Below are positions 46,746 through 55,277 of a stretch of 64,000 nt of DNA, in pieces. The translations under genes were made by a program, and so were the position numbers. Source of the stretch: Clostridia bacterium (GTDB taxonomy: Bacteria; Bacillota; Clostridia; Christensenellales; UBA1242); contig JAQVWL010000002.1 of assembly GCA_028709705.1 (NCBI GenBank), positions 68,184 through 132,183 of the forward strand. Reading direction: 5' to 3'. A model generated the notes under the pieces. It saw only the letters and a list, made by a program, of their open reading frames with translations. It was not told the DNA's origin and did not search any database. Positions within the stretch are counted from its first letter, which is position 1, and every line of letters begins with the position of its first letter.

Positions 46746-47492
46746 ATGGAAATACAAGGCGATTATCACACACACACCGTTTATAGTCACGGAAAAGGAA
46801 CAATTTTAGAAAATGCAAAATCAGCAAAAGAAAAAGGTTTAAAAGAAATTGCAATAACAGACCACGGATTTGGGCATTTGTTATTTGCGGTTAAAAGAAA
46901 CAAAATAAATGAAATAAAAGAAAATATTAAAATTGCCGAAAAGGGAACAGGCATAAAGATATATTTTGGAGTTGAAGCAAATTTTACTTCTATTAATGGC
47001 GACATTGATGTGTCAGAAAAAGAATTGGAGCAATTAGATATTTTGCTTGTTGGGCATCATAGATTTGTAAAGAGCAAATTTGTGGACAAGTTCAAACTGT
47101 TTTTGCCAAATATGTTTTGTAGAAACAGAGCCAGCAAAAAAATAAAAGAAAGAAATACAAACACTATTTTGAAAGCAATGGACAAGTATCCAATAGATAT
47201 TTTAACTCACTTAAATTTTCAAATGCCAACAAATATAAGGCAAATTGCAAAAAAAGCAAAACAAACAAGCACTTATATTGAATTAAACGAACAAAAAATG
47301 TGCTTCTCTGCCGAAGAAATAAAAATATTGATTGAAGAAAAAGTTATGTTTGTTATAAATTCTGATGCACATTGCCCACAAAAAGTTGGAGTTGTTAACA
47401 AAAGTTATGAAACAATAAAAAAATTTGATATTCCGCTTGAACAAGTGGCGAATTTGAATAAATTGCCAATTTTTAAAAAAATTAAAAGGTAG
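46746..47492 (+). CDS. PHP-domain (histidinol-phosphatase-like) metal-dependent phosphoesterase
   Basis: GDYHTHTVYSHGKGT, ITDHG and INSDAH motifs. Confidence 0.75.
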   Translation: MEIQGDYHTHTVYSHGKGTILENAKSAKEKGLKEIAITDHGFGHLLFAVKRNKINEIKENIKIAEKGTGIKIYFGVEANFTSINGDIDVSEKELEQLDILLVGHHRFVKSKFVDKFKLFLPNMFCRNRASKKIKERNTNTILKAMDKYPIDILTHLNFQMPTNIRQIAKKAKQTSTYIELNEQKMCFSAEEIKILIEEKVMFVINSDAHCPQKVGVVNKSYETIKKFDIPLEQVANLNKLPIFKKIKR

Positions 47493-47498
47493 ATAACA

Positions 47499-48449
47499 AT
47501 GAGTTTTTCAAGAGATGCAAAATTGCAAATTTTAAAACAACCAATAACAGACGATTGTTGTGGGCTTGCGTTTTTTGGTGGACTTTTACACGTTTCTGGC
47601 GAATGGGACCCGCAAACCAAAACAATGTCAATTCTTACTGATATTTCTCAAATTTATGACTTTTGCAACAAAATTTTAAATCAATTGTATGGCGAATTTG
47701 CTGAACTTGAAATTGAAGATGATTTGAAAATAAACAAAACAAGGTATTATAGAATTACTTTACCAAAAGAAAATATTTTCAATATGTTGAAAGACTTTGG
47801 ATTGATGAATAGTTTGGGCGAATATTCTTATTCAAAAATTGATGAATACATAACCAAAGACGGCTGTTGTAAAAAAAGTTTTATTAAAGGTGTGTTTCTT
47901 GGTTGTGCAACAAGTGGAATAAAAATAAGCGAAAAAACAAATGAAAGGACTTCAAGCGGTTATGATATTGAATTTGTTTCATATTCGCACGATTTTTTGA
48001 TAGAGTTTGCCAGTCTTTTAACTGAATTTAATATATTGCCCAAAATAATAAAACGAAAAAAACATTATGTTTTGTATATCAAAGAATCTTCACAAGTCAG
48101 TGATTTGCTTGCTATTGTTGGTGCTTTTGATTCTGTTTTGCAACTGCAAAACGAACTTGCTTTAAGGGAATTGAGAAACAAAGTAAATCGCCAAACAAAT
48201 TGCCTTAATGCAAATATAACCAAAACTGTTGAAGCAAGCATAAAACAAAATGAAGCGATAGAAATAATCAGCGAAACTCTTGGACTTGAACTTTTACCAA
48301 TGGACTTGCAAGAAGTTGCATTGCTAAGACTTGCCAACCCCGAAGAAAGTTTGGGTGAACTTTTAAAACTTTCAAACCTAAAATTAACAAAAAGCGGATT
48401 AAATCACCGCTTGAATAAAATAATCAAAATTGCCAAAGAGTTGGGGTAG
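47499..48449 (+). CDS. whiA: DNA-binding protein WhiA
   Basis: MSFSRDAKLQILK..DCC, LAGLIDADG-like middle domain and C-terminal HTH (LSNLKLTKSGLNHRLNKI). Confidence 0.88.
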   Translation: MSFSRDAKLQILKQPITDDCCGLAFFGGLLHVSGEWDPQTKTMSILTDISQIYDFCNKILNQLYGEFAELEIEDDLKINKTRYYRITLPKENIFNMLKDFGLMNSLGEYSYSKIDEYITKDGCCKKSFIKGVFLGCATSGIKISEKTNERTSSGYDIEFVSYSHDFLIEFASLLTEFNILPKIIKRKKHYVLYIKESSQVSDLLAIVGAFDSVLQLQNELALRELRNKVNRQTNCLNANITKTVEASIKQNEAIEIISETLGLELLPMDLQEVALLRLANPEESLGELLKLSNLKLTKSGLNHRLNKIIKIAKELG

Positions 48450-48469
48450 ATGTTGATATTTTCAACATT

Positions 48470-49141
48470 TTATTTTGCTTTTTTGCCTTTAAAAAAACTA
48501 TACAAAATCAAAAAAATAGTTACAGTTGTTACAATCAACATCAAGGCAATAATAGTTCTTGTACTTATACCATCAGGGTCTATATTTTCGGTTAGAATAT
48601 AATAATAAAAAGTTTCGCCATTTATGGAAACTGATGCTTTTGTGTATTCACTTATTTCATTAAAACCATTAACAAGTTTTATTCTTGTTTCAGCAGGTAA
48701 ATACAAATTGTTTACCAAAAGCAACTGACTTCCGTTTAGTATATATAATTCACTTTCTGCAATAAGTACAGCATTTGTATCTAAAAAAACTTCAAGTGGC
48801 ATTTTGCTACTATCCATACTAAAAGCGGTCAAAACAAACCCTTCTTGCTCTTCACCGAATTGAATTTTGTAAAAGTTTTCTTCAATATCTAAAACAGCAA
48901 ACTTGTCGTTGTAGCGTGCTGTTGCCAAAACAGTGCTATGTATGTCTGCTGTTTCAAAAATTTTTGTTGTGTTTGAAGTAATCTTTACTTCTGTTGGAAG
49001 TATGGTATACAAACTGTTGGTTTGCATTGCAAAAGTTTCTGCGTGGCAAAAATTTTGGCAACCAAAAAACAATTTTGGGGACAAAATCATTGCAAAAAGC
49101 AACGGGCAAATTATCAAACACACAAAAAACTTTATTTTCAT
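48470..49141 (-). CDS. Signal-peptide/SH3b-like protein with a C-terminal TM anchor, hypothetical
   Basis: MKIKFFVCLIICPLLFAM..., SH3-like segment ADIHSTVLATARYNDKFAVLDIEENFYKIQF, and C-terminal TM helix plus KGKKAK. Confidence 0.5.
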   Translation of the reverse strand: MKIKFFVCLIICPLLFAMILSPKLFFGCQNFCHAETFAMQTNSLYTILPTEVKITSNTTKIFETADIHSTVLATARYNDKFAVLDIEENFYKIQFGEEQEGFVLTAFSMDSSKMPLEVFLDTNAVLIAESELYILNGSQLLLVNNLYLPAETRIKLVNGFNEISEYTKASVSINGETFYYYILTENIDPDGISTRTIIALMLIVTTVTIFLILYSFFKGKKAK

Positions 49142-49148
49142 ATTAAAC

Positions 49149-49177
49149 ATAATAACAAACTTTGATTTTGTTGTCAA
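49149..49177 (-). promoter_or_regulatory. Promoter with leaderless spacing: TTGACA-N17-TATTAT-N7-ATG
   Basis: On the minus strand: -35 at 49177-49172, -10 at 49154-49149, then 7 nt (gtttaat) to the ATG at 49141. No Shine-Dalgarno sequence. Confidence 0.55.
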
Positions 49178-49192
49178 ATAACCGCAAAAATT

Positions 49193-49729
49193 TTAGGTGT
49201 TTTCGGTTATATTAATTGAAAAAGAATTGTCAAAAACAAAAGAACTTGCAGATTTTAAAAAAGTGACTTTTAGGGTAACAAAAGCACTTTGAACAACGGT
49301 ATCAGTTTTTGCTTCTATGTTAACAGGTGCCGAACTTTCCTTTGTTATTTTTCCTATAAATTGTGCGGGAACGGGCGGAATGTTCAAGGCAACATTGATA
49401 GAATAATCAGAATAATTTTGTATTACTATTCTAAAAATTATTACATTTTTGGTTGAAGTAATTTTAAAACTGTCAGGTATATTTATTTCATTTATTAAAT
49501 CTTCACCTTGATTTCCAGACTTGTCAAGAGTGGGGGCAGATAAAATTTCGTTTTCATAACCCTCATAAAAAATTTGACAGCCCGCGAAAAAGTTTGTGCT
49601 AGTTGTGTTAAAAGTTATTCTGTTTGAAAGGGAAACGCTTGCCGTCAAAACGGCATACACAGTGTAAGTAAAAGTGCTTGCAAGCAATATTATAAAAATT
49701 AACAAAACAACAATTTTTACTTTTTTCAT
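49193..49729 (-). CDS. Secreted hypothetical protein (signal peptide, about 178 aa)
   Basis: MKKVKIVVLLIFIILLASTFTYTVYA followed by a beta-rich sequence. AAAGGT lies 7 nt upstream. Confidence 0.5.
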   Translation of the reverse strand: MKKVKIVVLLIFIILLASTFTYTVYAVLTASVSLSNRITFNTTSTNFFAGCQIFYEGYENEILSAPTLDKSGNQGEDLINEINIPDSFKITSTKNVIIFRIVIQNYSDYSINVALNIPPVPAQFIGKITKESSAPVNIEAKTDTVVQSAFVTLKVTFLKSASSFVFDNSFSINITENT

Positions 49730-49854
49730 CAAATTTACCTTTTATGTTTTTATTATAACTAGAAAAAACCAAAAAATCAAACAAATAAAATTTTTTGTTG
49801 TATTAAATTTAACAATATAATTCAATTTTCATAAAATAATATTAGGAGTGGAAT

Positions 49855-51630
49855 ATGTGTGGAATTTTTGGATACATAGGTCAGTCTGGCGGCATAAACA
49901 CTCTAATCCAAGGACTAAAAAGTTTAGAATACCGAGGATATGATTCAGCTGGATTGGCGTATTTAGACAAAAGAAAAGAATTTGTAGTTATTAAACGAAG
50001 CGGAAAAGTAAAAGAATTAGAAAGTTGCGTAAGCGTTGAAGAAAAATTTGAAGTTGGTATTGCTCATACCAGATGGGCAACGCATGGTGTGGCAAGCGAA
50101 ACCAACGCTCACCCGCATATCAGTTATGGCAAAAAATTTTGCTTGGTACATAATGGAATAGTAGAAAATTATTTAGAATTAAAGGAAAAATATTTAAAAA
50201 ATATTTCAATAAAATCCGAAACAGACACAGAAATTGTGGTGCATTTGTTAGAAAAATTTTATAACAATAATATTTTTGAAACAATAAAAACAGTTTGCAA
50301 AAAAATCCAAGGCTCTTATGCTCTTGCAATAATAACAAAAGAACACCCCGACAAATTATTTTTGGCAAAAAAATCTAGCCCTTTGATGTTTGGGCAAAGC
50401 AAAAATGGAATATTCTTTTCAAGCGATGTCAACACATTAAGTCAATTTTGCCAAAATTTTTATATTATGGAAGATGAAGAATTTGCTTGCTTGCAAAAAA
50501 ACAATTTTTTTGTGTTTAATCAAAATAATACCAGCATAACAAAAAAATCAAATAGTTTTTTGACAAACAACCAAAACAAAAAAAATGTTGAATGTTATAT
50601 GGAGCAAGAAATTTTGGAATCTCCGATTGCAATAAAAAAAACCATAAAAAGTTTTGAAAATCAATACAAAAAAATACCAAAAAATTTTTTTAAAAAAACA
50701 AAAAACATTTATTTGGTCGGTTGTGGAACAGCATATCATTCTTGTCTTGTTGGAAAAAAATATTTACAAAATTGTTATAAAGTTCCAATTTTGACAGAAA
50801 TTGCCAGCGAGTTTATTTATTCTAACCTTTTAATTAACGAAAACACACTTTGTATATTCACTTCACAAAGTGGCGAAACCGCAGACACATTATTGGCATT
50901 AAAACTTGCAAAACAAAAAGGTGCAAAAATTTTGGCAATTACAAACAACGCTTCAAGTACAATTACATTTGAAAGCAAATATTCAATAGTTATGGATGCG
51001 GGTTGGGAAAAGGCAGTTGCTTCCACAAAAGCGTATGTTTGCCAAATTGCTGTTTTTTATTTGTTATCTTACTATTTGCTTGAAAAAAAAGAATTTGCAA
51101 AACAAAACTTGGATATTTTAATAAAAAAAATGTTGATGTTGACCAATAACAAATGGGCAAAATGCACATCAAAAATTATTCCCAAATACAAAAAAATAAT
51201 TTTTATTGGCAGGCAGTTAAGTTTTATTTCAGCAATGGAAGCCTCTTTAAAATTAAAAGAGGTTACATATATAAACAGCATTGCTTGTGCAAGCGGAGAA
51301 TTAAAGCACGGAACACTAGCCCTTGTGGATAAAGACACACTTATAATTGCAATTTTATGTGAAAAGGAATTGATTGACAAAAATTTAAGTACAATGAAAG
51401 AAATATCTGCAAGAGATGGAAATTTGCTTATACTTTCGCCTTTTAAGTCAAATATAAATTATCACTGCAATGGAAAAATAACAAACTTACTTTTGCCCGA
51501 AGTGCAAGATGAGTTGTACCCAGTTTTAAGTATAATACCTTTGCAAAAACTTGCTTGCGAACTTAGCAAAAAATTGGGATTTGACCCCGATATGCCCAAA
51601 AATCTTTCAAAAAGTGTAACAGTTGAATAG
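49855..51630 (+). CDS. glmS: Glutamine--fructose-6-phosphate aminotransferase
   Basis: MCGIFGYIG N-terminal nucleophile, SIS domains and C-terminal KSVTVE*. Confidence 0.95.
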   Translation: MCGIFGYIGQSGGINTLIQGLKSLEYRGYDSAGLAYLDKRKEFVVIKRSGKVKELESCVSVEEKFEVGIAHTRWATHGVASETNAHPHISYGKKFCLVHNGIVENYLELKEKYLKNISIKSETDTEIVVHLLEKFYNNNIFETIKTVCKKIQGSYALAIITKEHPDKLFLAKKSSPLMFGQSKNGIFFSSDVNTLSQFCQNFYIMEDEEFACLQKNNFFVFNQNNTSITKKSNSFLTNNQNKKNVECYMEQEILESPIAIKKTIKSFENQYKKIPKNFFKKTKNIYLVGCGTAYHSCLVGKKYLQNCYKVPILTEIASEFIYSNLLINENTLCIFTSQSGETADTLLALKLAKQKGAKILAITNNASSTITFESKYSIVMDAGWEKAVASTKAYVCQIAVFYLLSYYLLEKKEFAKQNLDILIKKMLMLTNNKWAKCTSKIIPKYKKIIFIGRQLSFISAMEASLKLKEVTYINSIACASGELKHGTLALVDKDTLIIAILCEKELIDKNLSTMKEISARDGNLLILSPFKSNINYHCNGKITNLLLPEVQDELYPVLSIIPLQKLACELSKKLGFDPDMPKNLSKSVTVE

Positions 51631-51670
51631 AAAAATAAAATGATTGTCAAAATCAACTTTGGACTTTTTC

Positions 51671-51699
51671 TTGCAATTTTTGTGTTGTTGTAATACAAT
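51671..51699 (+). promoter_or_regulatory. Promoter with leaderless spacing for dnaE: TTGCAA-N17-TACAAT-N6-ATG
   Basis: TTGCAA at 51671-51676, TACAAT at 51694-51699, then 6 nt (aagttt) to the ATG at 51706. No Shine-Dalgarno sequence. Confidence 0.55.
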
Positions 51700-51705
51700 A
51701 AGTTT

Positions 51706-54700
51706 ATGAAAAAATTTGTTCACTTACACGTGCATACCGAATACAGTTTGTTAGATGGTGCTGCAAAAATCAAAAATATTGTTGCAAAAATAAAAGAGCG
51801 GGGTGACGGCGCTATTGCAATTACTGACCATGGAAATATGTATGGCGTTTTAAGTTTTTATGGCGAATGCTTAAAAAATAATGTAAAGCCTATTATTGGT
51901 TGCGAGTTTTATATTTGTCACGACTTGACTCGCAGAGATAACAAGGCGGATATGGGGCACATTGTGCTTATTGCCAAAAATAATGAAGGTTATCACAATT
52001 TATTGAAATTAAATTCTGTTGCTTTTGTTGATGGGTTTTATTATAAGCCAAGAATTGATTACAAAATTTTGGAAAAATATAGCGGTGGAATTATTTGTCT
52101 TTCTGCTTGTCTTGCTGGGCATATCCCCAATTATATTTTGGAAAAACAATTTGACAAAGCCGAAAAACTAGTCTTACAACTAAAAAATATGTTTGGCGAA
52201 GATTTTTATTTGGAAATTCAAGACCACGGAATACCAGAACAACGAGAAGCGATTATTAAACTTGTGGAATATTCCCAAAAACACAATATAAAACTTGTTG
52301 CAACAAACGATGTGCATTATGTTGACAAGCAAGATGCCGAAATGCAAGATATTTTGATGTGTGTGCAAATGGGAAAAACTGTTGATGACCCCGACAGAAT
52401 GAAGTTTCCGACCAACGAATTTTATCTAAAAACTCGCGAAGAAATGGAGCAGGCGTTGCAAGGTTTTGAAGAAGCCCTTGACAACACGCTTGAAATTGCA
52501 AACAAGTGCGATGTTGTTATTCGCAGTAAATCTTTTGATGAAATACCAAAAATTGATAGAAAAAAATATGTTTTGCCAGCAAGCGAAAACTATATTCCCG
52601 CTTATAAACCTGACAACGGAAAAACAGCGTTTGAATTTTTAAAAGACCTTGCTTATGATGGACTAAAATTATATAAAAAAGTAACACCAGAAATATTGCA
52701 ACGTTTGGAATCTGAACTTGAAATAATCAACGAACTTGGTTTTGTTGAATATTTTCTTGTTGTTTGGGATTACATAAATTGGGCCCGCTCCCAAGACATT
52801 CCAGTTGGACCGGGGCGTGGTAGCGGAGTTGGAAGTATTGTCGCTTACACAACAGGTATAACGCAAATTGACCCACTTAAACACGATTTAATTTTTGAAA
52901 GATTTATACACCGTGAGCGTGTAAGTATGCCCGATTTTGATACAGATTTTTGTATGGACCGCAGACTTGAAGTTGTTGAATACACTCGCCAAAAATATGG
53001 CAAAGACAATGTTGCAATGATTGTTACATTTGGAACAATGGCGGCAAAAAACGCAATAAGAGATGTTGCAAGAACCCTTCGTATTCCTTATAGTGAAGCA
53101 GATAAAATTTCCAAAGAAGTACCCAACAAATTGGCAGAAGGTTTAAAACACCCGCCTGTTCTAAAATATTATTTTGGTTGCACGGGAAACCCTGATGATG
53201 CAAAATTTATTATTCCAAATCTTCGCAAAATGTACGAAGAAGATGACCTTGTAAAAAAAGTTGCTGATATGGCAATGAAACTTGAAGGTTTTCCACGAAA
53301 CACTTCTACACACGCATCAGGTGTTTTGATTGCACCTGACCGCGTGGATAATTTTATACCCCTTGCAAGAAATGGCGATGACATAACAACCCAATGCAAT
53401 ATGACAGAACTTGAAAGTTTGGGACTTCTTAAAATGGACTTTTTGGGTTTGCGTACTTTAACAGATATTGACAAATGCATAAAATATGTCAAAGCAATCC
53501 ACGGAATTGATATAAACTTTAATGATATGGAATACAACGACCCCAAAGTTTATGAACTTATAAGCAGTGGAAACACAGAAGCAGTATTCCAAGTTGAAAG
53601 TGGTGGAATGAAAAAGTTTATGAAAGAACTTAAACCCGACACCCTAGAAGATGTTATTGCGGGTATTGCCCTTTATAGACCCGGACCAATGGACTCTATT
53701 CCTAGATTTATTGAAAACAAAAGAAACCCAACAAAAATAGAATATGCACATCCGCTTCTTGAACCAATTTTAAATGTCACTTATGGTTGCATTGTTTATC
53801 AAGAACAAGTTATGAAAGTCTTTCAAATTTTGGGCGGTTATAATATGGGACAAGCCGATAACGTTAGAAGAATTATGGGAAAAAAGAAAGTTGATAAAAT
53901 GGTTATTGAAAAAGAAAAATTTATCAACGGTTGGAAAGACCAGTCTGGCGGAAAAGACATTCCTGGTGCCCTTGCGTTAGGTGTAAAAAAAGAAGTTGCC
54001 GAAAGCGTTTTTGCAGAAATGGAAAGTTTTGCAAGTTATGCTTTTAACAAATCTCATGCAACAGCCTATGCTTATTTGGTTTATCAAACAGCCTATCTAA
54101 AAAATTATTATGAAGTTGAATTTTTGACAGCATTTTTAAATAACCGTATTGGCAATATTGACGACATAAAAAAATATGTTACTCACGCAAGACAAGAAAA
54201 AATAGAAATATTGCCACCGGATATAAACAAAAGCCGTACATACTTTGGTGTTGAAAATGGAAAAATCAGATTTGGTATTGGTGCTCTTAAAAATGTTGGT
54301 GTTGGAGTTGTAGACACAATTATTGAAGAAAGAAAAGCCAATGGCGAATTTAAAAGTTTTGAAGATTTTTTAAAAAGAGTAAATTCACAAGCACTAAACA
54401 AAAAATGTTTAGAAAGTTTGATTTTAAGTGGTGCTTTTGATAGTTTCGGCAAAACTCGTTCTGTTTTGATGTCGGTTTATGAGTTCTTGGTTGAAAAAGT
54501 ACTTAAAGATAAAAAAAGCAAAGAAACTGGGCAATTTTCATTGTTTGATAATGAAGTTTTTGCAAAAGAAGATGTTTTTAAATATCCCGACATTAAAGAG
54601 TTTAACAAAGAAACCAAATTGAAATATGAAAAAGAAATAATTGGAGTTTATATTTCTGGGCATCCACTAAATGACTATATTGACAAATACAAAGACTTGA

Positions 54701-55275
54701 CCCTTACTTCTCAAATGCTACAAACGGAAATTGCCGAAGATGATGAAGAAGAAAAAGCAGAATATCAAGTTGAAGATGGTCAAGTAATAACTTGCGGAGG
54801 TATTTTGACAGAAGTTAAAAAACACATAACCAAAGCGGGCAAACAAGAAATGGCAATGGTAACGCTTGAAGATATTTATGGAACAATAAATGTTATGGTG
54901 TTTCCAAAAGCATATACAAAAATCAAACACAAACTTGTTGATGATGCCTTGGTAACAATTGTTGGCAAAATATCAATACGAGATGGCGAATTGCCAATTG
55001 TTGTGTGTGATAATGTTGTGCCTTGGTTTGCCGAAAATATTAACACCGAAACTCAAAGCGACAAAAAACTTTATCTTAAATTTGACTTGCAAGACCAAAA
55101 TTTGTATAGAAAAGTAAATCTTATAATAGACCAATATATTGGAGATAGTGCTATAATTGCCAAATGCACTTCCCAAAACAAACCTTTCAAACTTGGCAAA
55201 ACTGTTTCAATAAACAACTATCTTATCAACCAACTAAATGGACTTATAGGTGCCGAAAATGTTATTGTAAAATAG
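51706..55275 (+). CDS. dnaE: DNA polymerase III alpha subunit (DnaE type)
   Basis: FVHLHVHTEYSLLDG PHP N-terminus, GPGRGSGVGS, PDFDTDF, 1189 aa. Confidence 0.96.
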   Translation: MKKFVHLHVHTEYSLLDGAAKIKNIVAKIKERGDGAIAITDHGNMYGVLSFYGECLKNNVKPIIGCEFYICHDLTRRDNKADMGHIVLIAKNNEGYHNLLKLNSVAFVDGFYYKPRIDYKILEKYSGGIICLSACLAGHIPNYILEKQFDKAEKLVLQLKNMFGEDFYLEIQDHGIPEQREAIIKLVEYSQKHNIKLVATNDVHYVDKQDAEMQDILMCVQMGKTVDDPDRMKFPTNEFYLKTREEMEQALQGFEEALDNTLEIANKCDVVIRSKSFDEIPKIDRKKYVLPASENYIPAYKPDNGKTAFEFLKDLAYDGLKLYKKVTPEILQRLESELEIINELGFVEYFLVVWDYINWARSQDIPVGPGRGSGVGSIVAYTTGITQIDPLKHDLIFERFIHRERVSMPDFDTDFCMDRRLEVVEYTRQKYGKDNVAMIVTFGTMAAKNAIRDVARTLRIPYSEADKISKEVPNKLAEGLKHPPVLKYYFGCTGNPDDAKFIIPNLRKMYEEDDLVKKVADMAMKLEGFPRNTSTHASGVLIAPDRVDNFIPLARNGDDITTQCNMTELESLGLLKMDFLGLRTLTDIDKCIKYVKAIHGIDINFNDMEYNDPKVYELISSGNTEAVFQVESGGMKKFMKELKPDTLEDVIAGIALYRPGPMDSIPRFIENKRNPTKIEYAHPLLEPILNVTYGCIVYQEQVMKVFQILGGYNMGQADNVRRIMGKKKVDKMVIEKEKFINGWKDQSGGKDIPGALALGVKKEVAESVFAEMESFASYAFNKSHATAYAYLVYQTAYLKNYYEVEFLTAFLNNRIGNIDDIKKYVTHARQEKIEILPPDINKSRTYFGVENGKIRFGIGALKNVGVGVVDTIIEERKANGEFKSFEDFLKRVNSQALNKKCLESLILSGAFDSFGKTRSVLMSVYEFLVEKVLKDKKSKETGQFSLFDNEVFAKEDVFKYPDIKEFNKETKLKYEKEIIGVYISGHPLNDYIDKYKDLTLTSQMLQTEIAEDDEEEKAEYQVEDGQVITCGGILTEVKKHITKAGKQEMAMVTLEDIYGTINVMVFPKAYTKIKHKLVDDALVTIVGKISIRDGELPIVVCDNVVPWFAENINTETQSDKKLYLKFDLQDQNLYRKVNLIIDQYIGDSAIIAKCTSQNKPFKLGKTVSINNYLINQLNGLIGAENVIVK

Positions 55276-55277
55276 TT

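Noticed and set aside
49733-49854. A possible glmS ribozyme upstream of glmS
   Set aside because: The 122-nt leader is almost pure A/T with no G+C-rich core or pseudoknot-capable segments. No ribozyme is evident.
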